64,000 nt of DNA from Cyanophyceae cyanobacterium (GTDB lineage Bacteria; Cyanobacteriota; Cyanobacteriia; Cyanobacteriales; Laspinemataceae): positions 32,001 through 96,000 of the forward strand of contig JBBQFN010000007.1 in the NCBI GenBank assembly GCA_038321985.1, in the 5' to 3' direction. Under the pieces are notes generated by a model. The model searched no databases. It saw only the letters and a list, made by a program, of their open reading frames with translations, and was not told the DNA's origin. Every line of letters begins with the position of its first letter. Within the stretch, counting starts at the first letter, position 1. The position numbers were made by a program, and so were the translations under genes. Of the stretch, positions 29,823-41,921 are shown piece after piece.

Positions 29823-31073
29823 ATGACCAGCATAGAACGAAAACGAGTTGTTGTTACGGGTCTCGGTGCGATTACGCCAATCGGCAATACCTTACAGGAG
29901 TATTGGGAAGGGTTATCGAGCGGGCGCAATGGCATTGGTCCCATTACCCTGTTCGATCCGTCGAATCATTCCTGCCGGATTGCCGGTGAGGTGAAGGGAT
30001 TTGACCCCCATGAATACTTGGAACGCAAAGAAGCCAAGCGCATGGATCGATTTGCTCAGTTTGCGATCGCCGCGAGTAAGCAAGCGATCGCCGATGCGAG
30101 TTTTGAGATTAATGACTTGAACGCAGAGCAGGTGGGCATCGTCATCGGGAATGGCATCGGTGGCATGAAGGTAATGGAAGATCAGCAAACGATCTACCTC
30201 GATCGCGGACCGGACCGATGCAGTCCATTCATGGTTCCGATGATGATCGCGAACATGGCAGCAGGGCTGACGGCCATTCATACGGGAGCCAAGGGACCCA
30301 ATTCTTGTGTAGTGACGGCTTGTGCAGCGGGTTCCAATGCCGTGGGAGATGCCTTTCGCCTCATCCAAGGCGGATACGCTCAAGCCATGATTTGTGGGGG
30401 AACAGAAGCGGCAGTGACACCGTTATCCGTTGCCGGGTTTGCAGCGGCGCGGGCAGTTTCCACCCGGAATGATGATCCGCTTCATGCTTGCCGTCCTTTT
30501 GATCGCGATCGCGATGGATTTGTGATGGGCGAAGGAGCCGGCATTTTACTCCTCGAAGAACTAGAACACGCTCTGGCACGAGGGGCAAAAATCTATGCCG
30601 AAATGGTAGGCTATGCCATGACCTGTGATGCCTATCATATGACCTCCCCCGTCCCCGGTGGTGAAGGGGCCACGCGAGCGATGTTACTCGCCCTGAAAGA
30701 TGCCGGAATCTCACCGGAACAGGTGAGCTACATCAATGCTCACGGCACCAGTACCGCCGCCAACGATAAGACGGAAACCAACGCGATTAAAAACGCTTTG
30801 GGAGACCATGCTTACAAGGTGGCAGTCAGCTCTACAAAGTCAATGACCGGGCATTTGTTAGGGGGTTCGGGCGGTATAGAAGCCGTGGCAACAGTAATGG
30901 CAGTCGCCAATGACAAAGTACCGCCGACGATTAATCTGGAAAATCCAGATCCGGACTGCGATCTCGATTATGTGCCTCATCATAGCCGGGAATGCCCGGT
31001 CAATGTAGCACTGTCCAATTCCTTCGGGTTTGGTGGACATAACGTCACCCTAGCCTTTAAAAAGTACCAATAA
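29823..31073 (+). CDS. fabF: Beta-ketoacyl-ACP synthase II
   Basis: RVVVTGLG, TACAAG, NAHGTST, KSMTGHLLG, SNSFGFGGHN. Confidence 0.97.
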   Translation: MTSIERKRVVVTGLGAITPIGNTLQEYWEGLSSGRNGIGPITLFDPSNHSCRIAGEVKGFDPHEYLERKEAKRMDRFAQFAIAASKQAIADASFEINDLNAEQVGIVIGNGIGGMKVMEDQQTIYLDRGPDRCSPFMVPMMIANMAAGLTAIHTGAKGPNSCVVTACAAGSNAVGDAFRLIQGGYAQAMICGGTEAAVTPLSVAGFAAARAVSTRNDDPLHACRPFDRDRDGFVMGEGAGILLLEELEHALARGAKIYAEMVGYAMTCDAYHMTSPVPGGEGATRAMLLALKDAGISPEQVSYINAHGTSTAANDKTETNAIKNALGDHAYKVAVSSTKSMTGHLLGGSGGIEAVATVMAVANDKVPPTINLENPDPDCDLDYVPHHSRECPVNVALSNSFGFGGHNVTLAFKKYQ

Positions 31074-31323
31074 AGGGTAAGGTGACAAGGTTGCCGGATG
31101 AAGTTTGTTTTCATGTTTCACCGGAACGGTTAAGCCAACAGATCACGGGTTTCATTCTCGATACTCGCTCCTTGTCACTTTACCCTTGCCCATCGATCCG
31201 GGTGATGGAATCATGGAATTAGCCGTTTGAGGCGATCGCAAGTCGTTTACTTTCGCTCAAAACCCCTGTATTACCAGACTCCCCCTTAGACTAAAGACCC
31301 TCATTATTTAGACAAAAGAAACT

Positions 31324-33354
31324 ATGGCCGTAACTGCTCCAACCAAACAATCCATCGAAGAACTTTGCATTAACAGCATCCGCTTCCTGGCGATCGATGC
31401 GGTAGAAAAAGCTAACTCCGGTCACCCCGGTTTACCCATGGGTGCAGCGCCAATGGCGTTCGTCCTTTGGGATAAATTCATGCGGTTCAACCCCAAAAAT
31501 CCCAAGTGGTTTAACCGCGATCGCTTTGTCCTCTCCGCCGGACATGGCTGTATGCTCCAGTACGCCCTACTTTATCTCACGGGCTACAGAGGCTTAGAAT
31601 TAGAAGACCTCAAGCAATTCCGTCAGTGGGAATCCAAAACCCCGGGTCACCCCGAAAACTTCCAAACCGAAGGAGTCGAAGTCACCACCGGACCTTTAGG
31701 ACAAGGAATTGCCAATGCCGTCGGTTTGGCTGTAGCTGAAGCCCACCTCGCCGCCAAATTTAACCAACCCGACCTCCAGATCGTTGACCACTACACCTAC
31801 GTCATCCTGGGCGATGGGTGCAACATGGAAGGTATTTCCGGTGAAGCTTGCTCTTTGGCCGGTCACTGGGGACTGGGTAAACTGATCGCCTTCTACGACG
31901 ATAACCACATTTCCATCGACGGTTCCACCGCTATCTCCTTTACCGAAGATGTCAGCAAGCGTTTTGAATCCTACAATTGGCACGTCCTCCACGTCGAAAA
32001 CGGTAACACGGACCTCGATGCCATTGCCAAGGCGATCGAAGAAGCCAAAAAAGTCACCGATAAGCCAACCTTAATCAAAGTCACCACCACCATCGGCTTC
32101 GGTTCTCCCAACAAAGCCAACAGCCATGATGTCCACGGTGCGGCCCTCGGTGCTTCGGAAGTGCAAGCCACCCGCGACCACCTCGGCTGGAACTATGGCC
32201 CGTTTGAAGTACCAGAAGATGCCCTCAGCCACTTCCGCAAGGCTGTCGATCGCGGTGCCAAATACGAGGAAGAGTGGAATAGCCTGTGGACTCGCTACAA
32301 AGCCGAGTATTCCGAAGAAGCCGCCGTATTAGAACGGATGATGAGTGGCAAACTCCCCGACGGCTGGGATAAATCCCTCCCCACCTTCAAACCCGGTGAG
32401 AAAGCTGATGCCACCCGGAACCAATCCGGTGCCTGCTTGAATGCGATCGCCGGAGTCCTCCCCGACCTGATCGGTGGTTCCGCTGACTTAGCCCCCTCCA
32501 ACAAAACCTTATTGAAATCGTCTAAAGATTTCCAAAAAGGTGCCTACGAAAACCGTAACGTCCGTTTCGGCGTTCGGGAACATGGCATGGGTGCAATCTG
32601 TAACGGTATTGCCCTCCACGGTTCCGGCTTAATCTCCTACGGTGCCACCTTCCTGGTGTTCACCGACTATATGCGCGGTGCTATCCGTCTGTCCGCCCTC
32701 TCTCAAGCTGGGGTAATCTGGGTCATGACCCACGACTCTATCGCCTTGGGTGAAGACGGCCCGACTCACCAACCCATCGAGCATATCCCCTCTCTGCGCG
32801 CAATTCCCGACCTGATCGTGCTGCGTCCAGCCGATGGGAACGAAACCTCCGGTGCCTACAAAGTCGCCATCGAGAAAGCCAAAGGCATTGGTGCGGATCA
32901 TCCCTATCCCTCCCTGTTGGCCCTGTCTCGCCAAAACCTGCCCAACCTGGAAGGAAGCTCCGTTGAAGGTGTTGCTAAAGGCGGTTACATTCTTTCCGAT
33001 AGCGAAGGCACTCCCGACATCATCTTGATCGGCACCGGCGGCGAACTCTACCTCTGCGCGGAAGCGGCTGAAAAGCTCCGTGGACAAGGGAAGAAAGTCC
33101 GGGTTGTCTCCATGCCTAGCTGCGAACTATTCGACGAACAAGACGAAGCCTATCGCGAATCCGTACTACCCAAAGCAGTCAAGAAACGCCTGGTAGTAGA
33201 AGCTGGTTCTAGCTATGGCTGGCATCGTTACTTCGGCGATCAAGGTTCCTCGATCAGTGTCGATCGCTTCGGTGCTTCCTCTCCCGGTGAGGTCGCTTTG
33301 GAACGCTTTGGATATACAGCAGATAATATTGCTGCCAAAGCATCCGCGCTTTAA
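31324..33354 (+). CDS. tkt: Transketolase
   Basis: [36 protein letters not shown]. Confidence 0.98.
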   Translation: MAVTAPTKQSIEELCINSIRFLAIDAVEKANSGHPGLPMGAAPMAFVLWDKFMRFNPKNPKWFNRDRFVLSAGHGCMLQYALLYLTGYRGLELEDLKQFRQWESKTPGHPENFQTEGVEVTTGPLGQGIANAVGLAVAEAHLAAKFNQPDLQIVDHYTYVILGDGCNMEGISGEACSLAGHWGLGKLIAFYDDNHISIDGSTAISFTEDVSKRFESYNWHVLHVENGNTDLDAIAKAIEEAKKVTDKPTLIKVTTTIGFGSPNKANSHDVHGAALGASEVQATRDHLGWNYGPFEVPEDALSHFRKAVDRGAKYEEEWNSLWTRYKAEYSEEAAVLERMMSGKLPDGWDKSLPTFKPGEKADATRNQSGACLNAIAGVLPDLIGGSADLAPSNKTLLKSSKDFQKGAYENRNVRFGVREHGMGAICNGIALHGSGLISYGATFLVFTDYMRGAIRLSALSQAGVIWVMTHDSIALGEDGPTHQPIEHIPSLRAIPDLIVLRPADGNETSGAYKVAIEKAKGIGADHPYPSLLALSRQNLPNLEGSSVEGVAKGGYILSDSEGTPDIILIGTGGELYLCAEAAEKLRGQGKKVRVVSMPSCELFDEQDEAYRESVLPKAVKKRLVVEAGSSYGWHRYFGDQGSSISVDRFGASSPGEVALERFGYTADNIAAKASAL

Positions 33355-33417
33355 GTATAGTATATATACCATAAGCTGAGGTAGAGTGTCGTTACCTCGA
33401 ACGACACCCTAACCAAA

Positions 33418-33455
33418 AATAAAAAGGCTCTCTAATTGTAGAGAGCCTTTTTATT
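33418..33455. terminator. Bidirectional intrinsic terminator
   Basis: AATAAAAAGGCTCTCTA-attg-TAGAGAGCCTTTTTATT between convergent genes. Confidence 0.85.
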
Positions 33456-33643
33456 AGGTCTTTCAAACCTGAATTTTAGAAACAGGCTTTTCTAACAATC
33501 CGGTCAGTTGCGATCACAAAAGGTGCAGATTGCTCGCCATGGACCCGTCGGCTTGAGCAAACAAATGCGGCAGCATCAAACAAGAGACTACCGCATTTAA
33601 AAATTAATTAAAACTTAGGCACAATCCCCCGGTTTTTCTAAGT

Positions 33644-33979
33644 CTAGCGATAAGTCGTACTGGAACGACCGGCTACCTCTTCGCGATCGCGAGCGGGATC
33701 TGCATAATAAGTAGGTGATTCATTCCGATTGCGACCGGCTAAGCCAGCCAGACCCAGTAAACCTAACAAGCCGAGTAGGCCCCAATCACCCCACTCATTA
33801 TCCTCTTCAACGGCCTGAGTCCCTTCTCTGGTCTCATAAACCTCTTGGGTGTCAGTTCCCCGATTTTCCGGACTTACCGGAGTCGTTTGAGCTGAGGCGG
33901 GTAAAATCGAAGGCGCTAGGGCTAAACTTGCACTCAGGGCGGTAGCGCTTAAAATTGTGGACAATTTAGAACTCTTCAT
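33644..33979 (-). CDS. WGxxGxxG-CTERM family small secreted/membrane protein
   Basis: Signal peptide (ASA-Q) and DWGLLGLLGLLGLAGL followed by basic residues. Confidence 0.88.
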   Translation of the reverse strand: MKSSKLSTILSATALSASLALAPSILPASAQTTPVSPENRGTDTQEVYETREGTQAVEEDNEWGDWGLLGLLGLLGLAGLAGRNRNESPTYYADPARDREEVAGRSSTTYR

Positions 33980-34996
33980 AAAATTGAGTCTCCTTAAACA
34001 TTGCTTGCTTGCTTGTAACCAATCTATCTACAATCCAAAGAAGCTGCATCAATCTTTAGATGTAAACTCAGTTAGACCCCAATTATTCCTGAAGAAATAG
34101 ACAGAGCGGAAAAAGCAGTATAGAGACTAGAAAAAGCACTCAAACTTAAAGGGGAAGAAAAAAGCGCGATCGCTCTGGAGGTCCTGAGATTTTACCTTAA
34201 AATCCTGATTCCCCGGTTGGTTTAAACCATCCTATCCCTCCACTGTTCCTAGATCACTGGCATTAGAAGGCAAAAACCCCGGCGATCGCCACCCCCAAGA
34301 CCTCCCCTTTTTATAAAAGCCCCTTGAGGATTGCAACCCCGAGGCGAAGTCTTGGGGTTCAACTCCCATGTGAGCCAAAATTTAGACCTCTCCCGGGTCT
34401 AAATTGGAAAAAAGGTAAAGCTAATAACAATTAGCCTCTTTAAGTTAAGATTTCCTCCTAATAGGGGTTGCCTCCGGAGACAACTTAGGGAATTTCCCAG
34501 TCCTCAAATATAGATAAAAGAAAAGATCACTGGGCCATAAAGTATGCGGGGTAAGAAAAATCCAAATTTTTATCCAGAGTTGCTGGTTAATGTAGTTAGG
34601 GCAACATTGATATAAATTCAACAAATCTTTCAAGGCAACTTGGAAAAATATCAGCCCTCAGTTTCGGAATCATAGACGACGGGTCAGAGCAACTGGAAAT
34701 CTGCGTCCCTCGGCAAATACAGGCGAGTTAAAAACCGAATTTAGTAGAGTTAAGCCACCGTAGCACCCTGATCTGGGCGATCGCTCACCGACGAACATAG
34801 GCCCGGATAGCCCCGTCAACCGGGTCCCCTTGTCACGGACCCGGTATAATAATAGATCATAGTGATCGTGCTTCATCAACACCCCGGGTGTCGCTCGGGA
34901 GATATCTTCCTCTAGAGGCAGAGGAGATTGACCCGGTTGTGTACTTTAATTTGGGTGAAAGCACATTGACTTGTCGAACTTAATAAGGAGTATTGG

Positions 34997-37417
34997 ATGT
35001 CAGACTTGATACAATCTGTCCTTAAATGCGAGGAAAAAATCGATCTGCGTCAGTTTGCCAGCGAGTTACGCACCACAGGGCAACAGTATTTTCTCAGAAA
35101 TGATATCGTCCGAGCTTTTTCAAATTACTGCACTAATCATGAAAAGCCCTCTTCTTTTCATCAATCATCCTATCTCGGAAAACTGGTTTTATATACCCAA
35201 GAAATCATTCTGGAAGACGAAAGCTTCTGCATGATTGTGCGTCCCAAGATTGCCTCTCAGGAAATCTTTCGCATCTTACAGGACCTGACCGTAGAGCCAA
35301 TGACGGTGCAAGAATTGCTAGACCTACGCGATCGCCTCGTCAATCATCACCACCCCAATGAGGGAGATGTCCTCGAACTGGATTTTGCCCCCTTTTACGA
35401 CTACTCCCCCACCATTCGGGACCCCAAAAACATCGGTAAAGGAGTCGAGTTCCTTAATCGCTACCTGTCGAGTAAATTATTCCAAGATTCGCAGCAGACC
35501 TTAGAACTGCTGTATGAATTTTTGAACCTGCATCAATATAATGGACTGCAATTACTGATTAACCAACGGATTAAAAACCGGCGGGAATTATCTCAAAAAG
35601 TAAAACAAGCCATTTCCTACGTCAACGATCTCCCCTCAGATGAACCTTACGAAAACTTCCGCTTCGATCTGCAAGGTTTGGGATTTGAACCGGGTTGGGG
35701 GAATACAGCCAGTCGTGTTGGCGAAACCCTAGAAATTCTGGATGAACTGATCGACTCCCCCAACGAAAGGGGTCTGGAATCCTTCATCTCCCGGATTCCC
35801 ATGATCTTTCGGATCGTACTCGTTTCCGTTCACGGCTGGTTTGGTCAAGAAGGAGTGCTCGGACGACCCGACACCGGCGGCCAAGTCGTCTATGTCCTTG
35901 ATCAAGCCCGCAGTTTAGAAAAGCAACTTCAAGAAGAATTTAAACTTGCCGGTTTGGATATATTCGGAGTTCATCCGAAACTCATCATCCTCTCCCGTTT
36001 AATACCCAATGCCGATGGCACTCGCTGTAACGAACGCCTCGAAAAAATTCACAGCACCGATAATGGCTGGATTCTGCGAGTTCCCTTCCGCGAACAGAAT
36101 CCCAACCTCACCCAAAACTGGATTTCTCGATTTGAAATCTGGCCGTATTTAGAAGCCTACGCCATTGATGCTGAAAAAGAACTGCTGGCAGAATTTCAAG
36201 GCAAACCCGATCTAATCGTCGGTAACTATTCTGACGGAAACTTAGTGGCATTCCTGTTAGCACGTCGCCTGAAAGTTACCCAGTGTAACGTCGCTCATGC
36301 CTTAGAAAAATCTAAGTATCTTTTCAGTAACCTGTACTGGCAAGACCTCGACTCTCAATATCACTTTTCTCTCCAGTTTACCGCCGATTTGATCGCGATG
36401 AACGCAGCCAACTTCATTGTCAGCAGTACCTATCAGGAGATTGTTGGAACTGCCGATAGTGTGGGGCAGTATGAATCGTACGCCTGTTTTACCATGCCGG
36501 ATCTATATCATGTGGTCAACGGCATTGAGCTATTTTCTCCTAAATTTAACGTCGTCCCCCCCGGGGTGAATGAAGCGGTCTATTTTCCCTACACTCGCAC
36601 TGAAGACCGTATCCAATCCAACCGGGAACGACTGGAAGAATTGCTCTTGACTCTAGATGACCCGGAACAGGTTTTTGGGAAGTTGGAAGACCCGAACAAG
36701 CAAATCCTGTTCTCGGTAGCACGTCTCGACCGGATTAAGAATCTAACGGGTCTGGCCGAATGTTTTGGCCGGAGTCCTGAATTGCAAGAGCGCTGTAATT
36801 TGATTCTAGTGGCTGGGAAATTACGGACAGCGGACTCGACAGACACCGAAGAAATCAGCGAAATGCAAAAATTGTATGGCATCATTGAGGAATACAATTT
36901 GTATAATAAAATTCGCTGGCTGGGAGTTCGGCTGTCTAAGGCCGATTCCGGCGAACTCTATCGGGTGATTGGGGACCACAAGGGAATTTTTGTGCAACCG
37001 GCTTTATTTGAAGCCTTTGGTTTAACCATTTTAGAAGCAATGGTTTCTGGTTTGCCTACCTTTGCAACCCAGTTTGGGGGGCCGTTAGAAATTATTCAGG
37101 ACAAGGTGAATGGATTTTATATCAACCCCACAAATTTAGAAGAAACCGCAGAAAAACTGCTGGATTTCGTCTTGAAAAACGAGCAAAATCCCCATTATTG
37201 GGACGAAATTTCTAAACGGGCGATCACACGGGTTTATACGACTTATACTTGGAAGATTCATACCACCCGTCTATTGTCCCTGGCTAAAATTTACGGGTTC
37301 TGGAATTATACTTCAAAAGAAAACCGTGAGGATATGTTGCGCTACTTAGAAGCCTTATTCTATCTGATTTACAAGCCCCGTGCTCAGGCGTTATTGGCGC
37401 AGCACAAGGAGCGGTAA
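34997..37417 (+). CDS. susA: Sucrose synthase (GT4)
   Basis: DTGGQVVYVLDQ, GNYSDGNLVA, HALEKSKY, RLDRIKN, QPALFEAFGLT; 806 aa. Confidence 0.95.
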   Translation: MSDLIQSVLKCEEKIDLRQFASELRTTGQQYFLRNDIVRAFSNYCTNHEKPSSFHQSSYLGKLVLYTQEIILEDESFCMIVRPKIASQEIFRILQDLTVEPMTVQELLDLRDRLVNHHHPNEGDVLELDFAPFYDYSPTIRDPKNIGKGVEFLNRYLSSKLFQDSQQTLELLYEFLNLHQYNGLQLLINQRIKNRRELSQKVKQAISYVNDLPSDEPYENFRFDLQGLGFEPGWGNTASRVGETLEILDELIDSPNERGLESFISRIPMIFRIVLVSVHGWFGQEGVLGRPDTGGQVVYVLDQARSLEKQLQEEFKLAGLDIFGVHPKLIILSRLIPNADGTRCNERLEKIHSTDNGWILRVPFREQNPNLTQNWISRFEIWPYLEAYAIDAEKELLAEFQGKPDLIVGNYSDGNLVAFLLARRLKVTQCNVAHALEKSKYLFSNLYWQDLDSQYHFSLQFTADLIAMNAANFIVSSTYQEIVGTADSVGQYESYACFTMPDLYHVVNGIELFSPKFNVVPPGVNEAVYFPYTRTEDRIQSNRERLEELLLTLDDPEQVFGKLEDPNKQILFSVARLDRIKNLTGLAECFGRSPELQERCNLILVAGKLRTADSTDTEEISEMQKLYGIIEEYNLYNKIRWLGVRLSKADSGELYRVIGDHKGIFVQPALFEAFGLTILEAMVSGLPTFATQFGGPLEIIQDKVNGFYINPTNLEETAEKLLDFVLKNEQNPHYWDEISKRAITRVYTTYTWKIHTTRLLSLAKIYGFWNYTSKENREDMLRYLEALFYLIYKPRAQALLAQHKER

Positions 37418-37482
37418 GCGATCGCCCCGGGAACGTCCCCTAAAATAGCGATTCAAGCGATCGCATTAACTACCCCATAAAC

Positions 37483-37547
37483 AGTGAGAATTAAGAATTA
37501 AAATCTAATAATTTTGATTAGATTAATTCTTAATTCTCAATTCTCAC
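37483..37547. repeat. AT-rich inverted repeat built from heptamer-like units (probable terminator/STRR)
   Basis: GAGAATTAAGAATTAA..AATCTAAT / ATTAGATT AATTCTTAATTCTC downstream of susA. Confidence 0.65.
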
Positions 37548-38348
37548 CCCCTTTCTTCATGGCCCTGCATTTGTAGCTCTGCCCCACAGCCCTACTTTCT
37601 TACCCGCTCTCCCCTGATCCCCCCTACAGGTTAATATTCGCCCACTGATCAGGCGCACCCCCATCGTAGTTCCGCCTTCGCCTCCGGGATGAGAGAGTTG
37701 CACCCTCCCAAAGCCTTTAGAAATTCCCATAATAAAAAAGCGTGGCGGCCAAAAAATCGAGCCTAGTCACCATGACTTGAGTAGTCAGTGATAGCTATTT
37801 GGGAAAATGCGGGTATAATCCAAAGCAACTGACTCCGCTCAGAATTGACTCGGAGGATCCAGCAAAAGCACTCCTTCCTTCTGATGACTGAGGATTTAGA
37901 AACATTCGGGAGTGGAGTCTTTTGGGTTGGACTGATTCAAAATAACACAGACTAACCCAGGACTACCGAATCAGCCCCAAAAAACTAATGTAGAACTAGC
38001 ATTTACATCGTGTAAATATTGTTCTATGGTGCTTAAAGTGTAGCTCCAATCACCATTGGAACTGCCGACGATTATCGAACCCCTTATCTTAGGTTCCATA
38101 AGGCACTGCCATTGTCCACATTAGACAGAATGCGTGCATTGTAAAAACAAAATTATCACACAAATAGGAAGAGGAGGGTGCAAGTTTTATTGAATAGATC
38201 TTGAGTACATGGGAGCGTTAGTGAGCGATCGCGCCTGTCTTTAATCCCTGACAATCCCTCACTTATTGAAGATTAAGCCCAACCCTCGGCATAAAACCTC
38301 CAATTGATCACTATTAAACCCAACAATTCTGTAGATAGGATTCCCAAA

Positions 38349-41300
38349 ATGGCAGAAACTAGCGAACCGAACAATCCAGTGGCAACCAATCTTCCCGGTT
38401 TAGAGGAAAGCGATCCCCTAGAATCCTCTCGAACTTTAGAGGAAGAAGGAATCTTTTTAGACTTATCCCTGCAAGAAATTATTCAAGGCCAAGCGGGTAA
38501 TGATACCATCATTGGCTCCCAGAACGACGATACCATCTACGGGAATCCAGGGGATGATTCTCTTTATGGAAATGCAGGGAATGATAGCATCCAAGGGAAC
38601 CTAGGCGACGACACGATCGCAGGCGGTCCCGGGAACGACTTCATTCAAGGCAATAAAGGGGACGACTTCCTCTTCGGAGACTTAACTCGCGAAGGACTCC
38701 CTCTCCTCGAAGGATTTGGTAACGACATCATCCTCGGTGGCATCGGCAATGACCTAGTTTTCGGTAACCAGGGTGACGATACCCTCGACGGGGAAACCGG
38801 GGACGACTCCATCTATGGTGGCAAAGACAACGACTTCATCATTGGTGACGCCGGAGAAGACTTCCTCTCCGGCGACGATGGCAATGACCAGCTCTATGGT
38901 GGCCTGGACAATGATATTCTCGCCGGTGGCCTCGACAACGATACCCTCTACGGGGAAGATGGCGCTGACATCCTTAATGGCAGCTCAGGCAACGACCTTG
39001 TAGTTGGCGGTGCCGGTGACGACATCCTCTACGGCGACGACCTCACCGCAGAATCCGTTGGCGCAGGAAACGACATCCTCTACGGAAACGAAGGCAATGA
39101 TATCGCCTACGGTGGCTCCGGCAACGATGTTCTATTTGGCAACGAAGGGAATGATATCCTCTTTGGCAACCGAGGAAATGATGTCCTCTATGGGGGTCAA
39201 GGAGACGATACAGCCTACGCTGGACAAGATAATGATCAAGTATTTGGCGACAAAGGGAATGATGTCCTCTTTGGCAATCTCGGCGATGATTTTGTAAATG
39301 GTGGTGGAGGCAATGACCTACTCTTCGGCAACGAAGGGAACGATCTCCTCGACGGCAGTTCCGGAGACGACATCATTTACGGCGGTCAAGATAACGACAC
39401 CATTCGAGGCGAGGATGGAGATGACCTGCTGTTTGGGGATAAAGGCAATGACGTAATTTTTGGCGGCGTAGGCAGCAATACCCTAACCGGCGGCCAAGGG
39501 TCGGACCAATTTGTGATTTCCCCGGGATTAGGGTTTCTGCAACAGACGCGAAACTTAGTTACCGACTTTATCGATGGGCAAGATTTCCTACTCTTAGCCG
39601 ATGGTATCACCTTTGAGGATCTCGACCTCCGCGAAGAGATCGATGGCAACGGGACAGTTAATACCATCATTTTGGATCGGCTTACGGGCACTGTTACCAT
39701 TTTGCAAAATGTCAGTGCCAGCGCGATTACCCGGGATGATTTCCTACCCCCACTCGCACCGCCACCGCCACCGCCACCGCCGGAGGCAGTGCCACTTCCA
39801 GACATTCCCACCCCTCCAATTGTCGATATTCCAGTAATCCCCGAACCCGAACCTGAACCCGAACCCGAACCCGAGGAGAGTGTCATTCAATTTAGCAATG
39901 CCACCTACCGAATTAATGAAGATGGCACTCCCGAAGCGATGCTAGTCACGGTGACTCGCGGCAATAGTAGCGAAGGGGTGGTTACTGCCAATGTGGTTCT
40001 TCAAAGCAATCCAGGAACTGCAACAGTAGTAGCCGATTATGAGAATATTTTCCCGTTTCCTATCCAGTTTGCAGAGGGAGATAGCACCGCAAAACAGGTT
40101 ACTATTCCCATCGTTAACGATACCCTCGCCGAGGATACGGAAACGATTAGCTTACAACTGGCTAATCTCACAGGTACTGCGGTTTTAGGCAGCCAATCTA
40201 CCGCGACGGTGGAAATTATCGACAATGATAACCCCGGAGAATTAGAGTTTGTTCTTCCAGTGGAAGGGAGTTTCCGAGTTAAGGAAGATGGAACCCTGGT
40301 CCGAGAAATCCAGGTCCGTCGAGTCAATGGCAGCAGCGGCGTGGTAAGCGCTGATGTCACTTTGGCTCCGGGCTCAGCCAGTACAAATCCACCGGCGCAA
40401 CCGGGGAGTGTCGGAGAGGATTTTGCCGCAGTTACGGTTCCTGTCTCCTTTGCGGATGGGGAAACGGCAACTAAAACCATTACACTCCCAGCTACGGCAA
40501 TTTTACGCGGGGCCGTGGGTCAAGTGGATGGGCTCAAAATCGTCAACTTATCCTTGACAAATCCCACCGGGGAGGTAGAACTCAGTACCACTCCGGCACC
40601 CCTGCAAATTGAAGATATTGATCAACTGATTGTCAGTATTGAAGTAACTCCCCCGGCAGATCAGGCGTTTGAAGCAGCGCAGGGGGACCTACAAGCCCCG
40701 GCCACCCGAGAAGGGGCGTTTACGATCGCCCTGCGGGATGCCAATGGTGCTGAAGTCTTTGCTCCTGCCGGGGGTGTAACGGTTTCCTATCGGGTGGATA
40801 CCACAGCACCCACAGAAGCCACCGATCCCGAAGCAGCAGCGGAGGGTCAAGACTACAGTGCCTCCTTAAATGGTGCAGCTTTCACCTTGGGGAGCAATAC
40901 TGTCTTCATTCCCGAAGGCTCGTCCACTGCTACCATTACCATCAATCCGACTGACGACACTTTGCCCGAAGGGAATGAATTCGTTAAGGTCATCCTGAAT
41001 GAAACGGCTGATTACAACATCGCCAGCGATAAGCAAGAAGGGGAAGTTCTCCTGATTGATAATGACTCACCCATTGTCCGTATCAGTCCAGCTACGGAAC
41101 GGATTAAAGAAGGAGAAACCCCTCAGACTGTCTTGACCATCTTTCGTGAAGATAGTGCGGGTAATCCGATCACCTCGGGAGCTTTGACTGTCAATTATGG
41201 GCGGGGCGGAACTGCGACCAATGCTGTAGATTATGACCAGTTGACTGGGCAAGCCGTGATTCCAGATGGTCAATCCTCAGTTACGGTTACGGTTCGGGCT

Positions 41301-41759
41301 TTGGATGATGATACTACGGAACCCGATGAGACAGTCCGCGTAACCCTGCAAGGGTCAACGGATGCTACCCAGGTTTATGAAGTGAAAGAGGGACAAGGCC
41401 AAAGTGTTGTGACCATTGAAGATAATGAAACTCCCCAAATCAGTATAGTGGGACGGGCTGCCGATGTCTTGGCGGACCCTCCTACGGGTAACCAGTTCCA
41501 ATTTATCCGATTTGGCGATAAAGCCATCCCCTTGACGGTCAATTATAACGTCGCCGGGACGGCTCAACCTGGGACGGACTACCAGGCATTACCCGGCACA
41601 ATTAACTTTACTGCGGGACAAAGTTCGGTATCGCTTCCGTTAACTCCTATTGACAACCCGAATGATGCCAATGCCAAGGTTGTCGAGATTGAGATAGTAG
41701 ATGGAACGGTTTACGATCTAGGGTTTGCTCCTACGGGCAATTTGCTGTTCTTAAACTAA
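38349..41759 (+). CDS. Large RTX (GGxGxD) calcium-binding protein with Pro/PE linker and multiple Calx-beta domains
   Basis: Many GNDxLxG nonapeptide repeats, VTDFIDGQD cap, poly-Pro and (PE)n linker, repeated IQFS..Y..NE / I.DND Calx-beta motifs. Confidence 0.9.
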   Translation: MAETSEPNNPVATNLPGLEESDPLESSRTLEEEGIFLDLSLQEIIQGQAGNDTIIGSQNDDTIYGNPGDDSLYGNAGNDSIQGNLGDDTIAGGPGNDFIQGNKGDDFLFGDLTREGLPLLEGFGNDIILGGIGNDLVFGNQGDDTLDGETGDDSIYGGKDNDFIIGDAGEDFLSGDDGNDQLYGGLDNDILAGGLDNDTLYGEDGADILNGSSGNDLVVGGAGDDILYGDDLTAESVGAGNDILYGNEGNDIAYGGSGNDVLFGNEGNDILFGNRGNDVLYGGQGDDTAYAGQDNDQVFGDKGNDVLFGNLGDDFVNGGGGNDLLFGNEGNDLLDGSSGDDIIYGGQDNDTIRGEDGDDLLFGDKGNDVIFGGVGSNTLTGGQGSDQFVISPGLGFLQQTRNLVTDFIDGQDFLLLADGITFEDLDLREEIDGNGTVNTIILDRLTGTVTILQNVSASAITRDDFLPPLAPPPPPPPPEAVPLPDIPTPPIVDIPVIPEPEPEPEPEPEESVIQFSNATYRINEDGTPEAMLVTVTRGNSSEGVVTANVVLQSNPGTATVVADYENIFPFPIQFAEGDSTAKQVTIPIVNDTLAEDTETISLQLANLTGTAVLGSQSTATVEIIDNDNPGELEFVLPVEGSFRVKEDGTLVREIQVRRVNGSSGVVSADVTLAPGSASTNPPAQPGSVGEDFAAVTVPVSFADGETATKTITLPATAILRGAVGQVDGLKIVNLSLTNPTGEVELSTTPAPLQIEDIDQLIVSIEVTPPADQAFEAAQGDLQAPATREGAFTIALRDANGAEVFAPAGGVTVSYRVDTTAPTEATDPEAAAEGQDYSASLNGAAFTLGSNTVFIPEGSSTATITINPTDDTLPEGNEFVKVILNETADYNIASDKQEGEVLLIDNDSPIVRISPATERIKEGETPQTVLTIFREDSAGNPITSGALTVNYGRGGTATNAVDYDQLTGQAVIPDGQSSVTVTVRALDDDTTEPDETVRVTLQGSTDATQVYEVKEGQGQSVVTIEDNETPQISIVGRAADVLADPPTGNQFQFIRFGDKAIPLTVNYNVAGTAQPGTDYQALPGTINFTAGQSSVSLPLTPIDNPNDANAKVVEIEIVDGTVYDLGFAPTGNLLFLN

Positions 41760-41921
41760 GAAGAGCGTCTATTGGGGTTAACGCCCGTTAACCCTGACCC
41801 ATTTAGCCCAAGTCTCCTCTACTTTGAGAAGGGGAGACTCTGCGGCTTTTGTATCAATCGGTTAAGATCGAAACAACAAGCGTAGATTCAAACCTAGCCG
41901 GAAACCGCACCCCCTAATTTC

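Noticed and set aside
34000..34990. Possible ncRNA in the 1-kb region upstream of sucrose synthase
   Set aside because: Only isolated hairpins (e.g. ACCGGGTCC/GGACCCGGT near 34819-34845); no family signature or nested fold I can support
38480..39900. Repetitive DNA in the RTX gene as a possible array
   Set aside because: Explained by coding GGxGxD nonapeptides and Pro/PE linkers; no repeat-spacer structure
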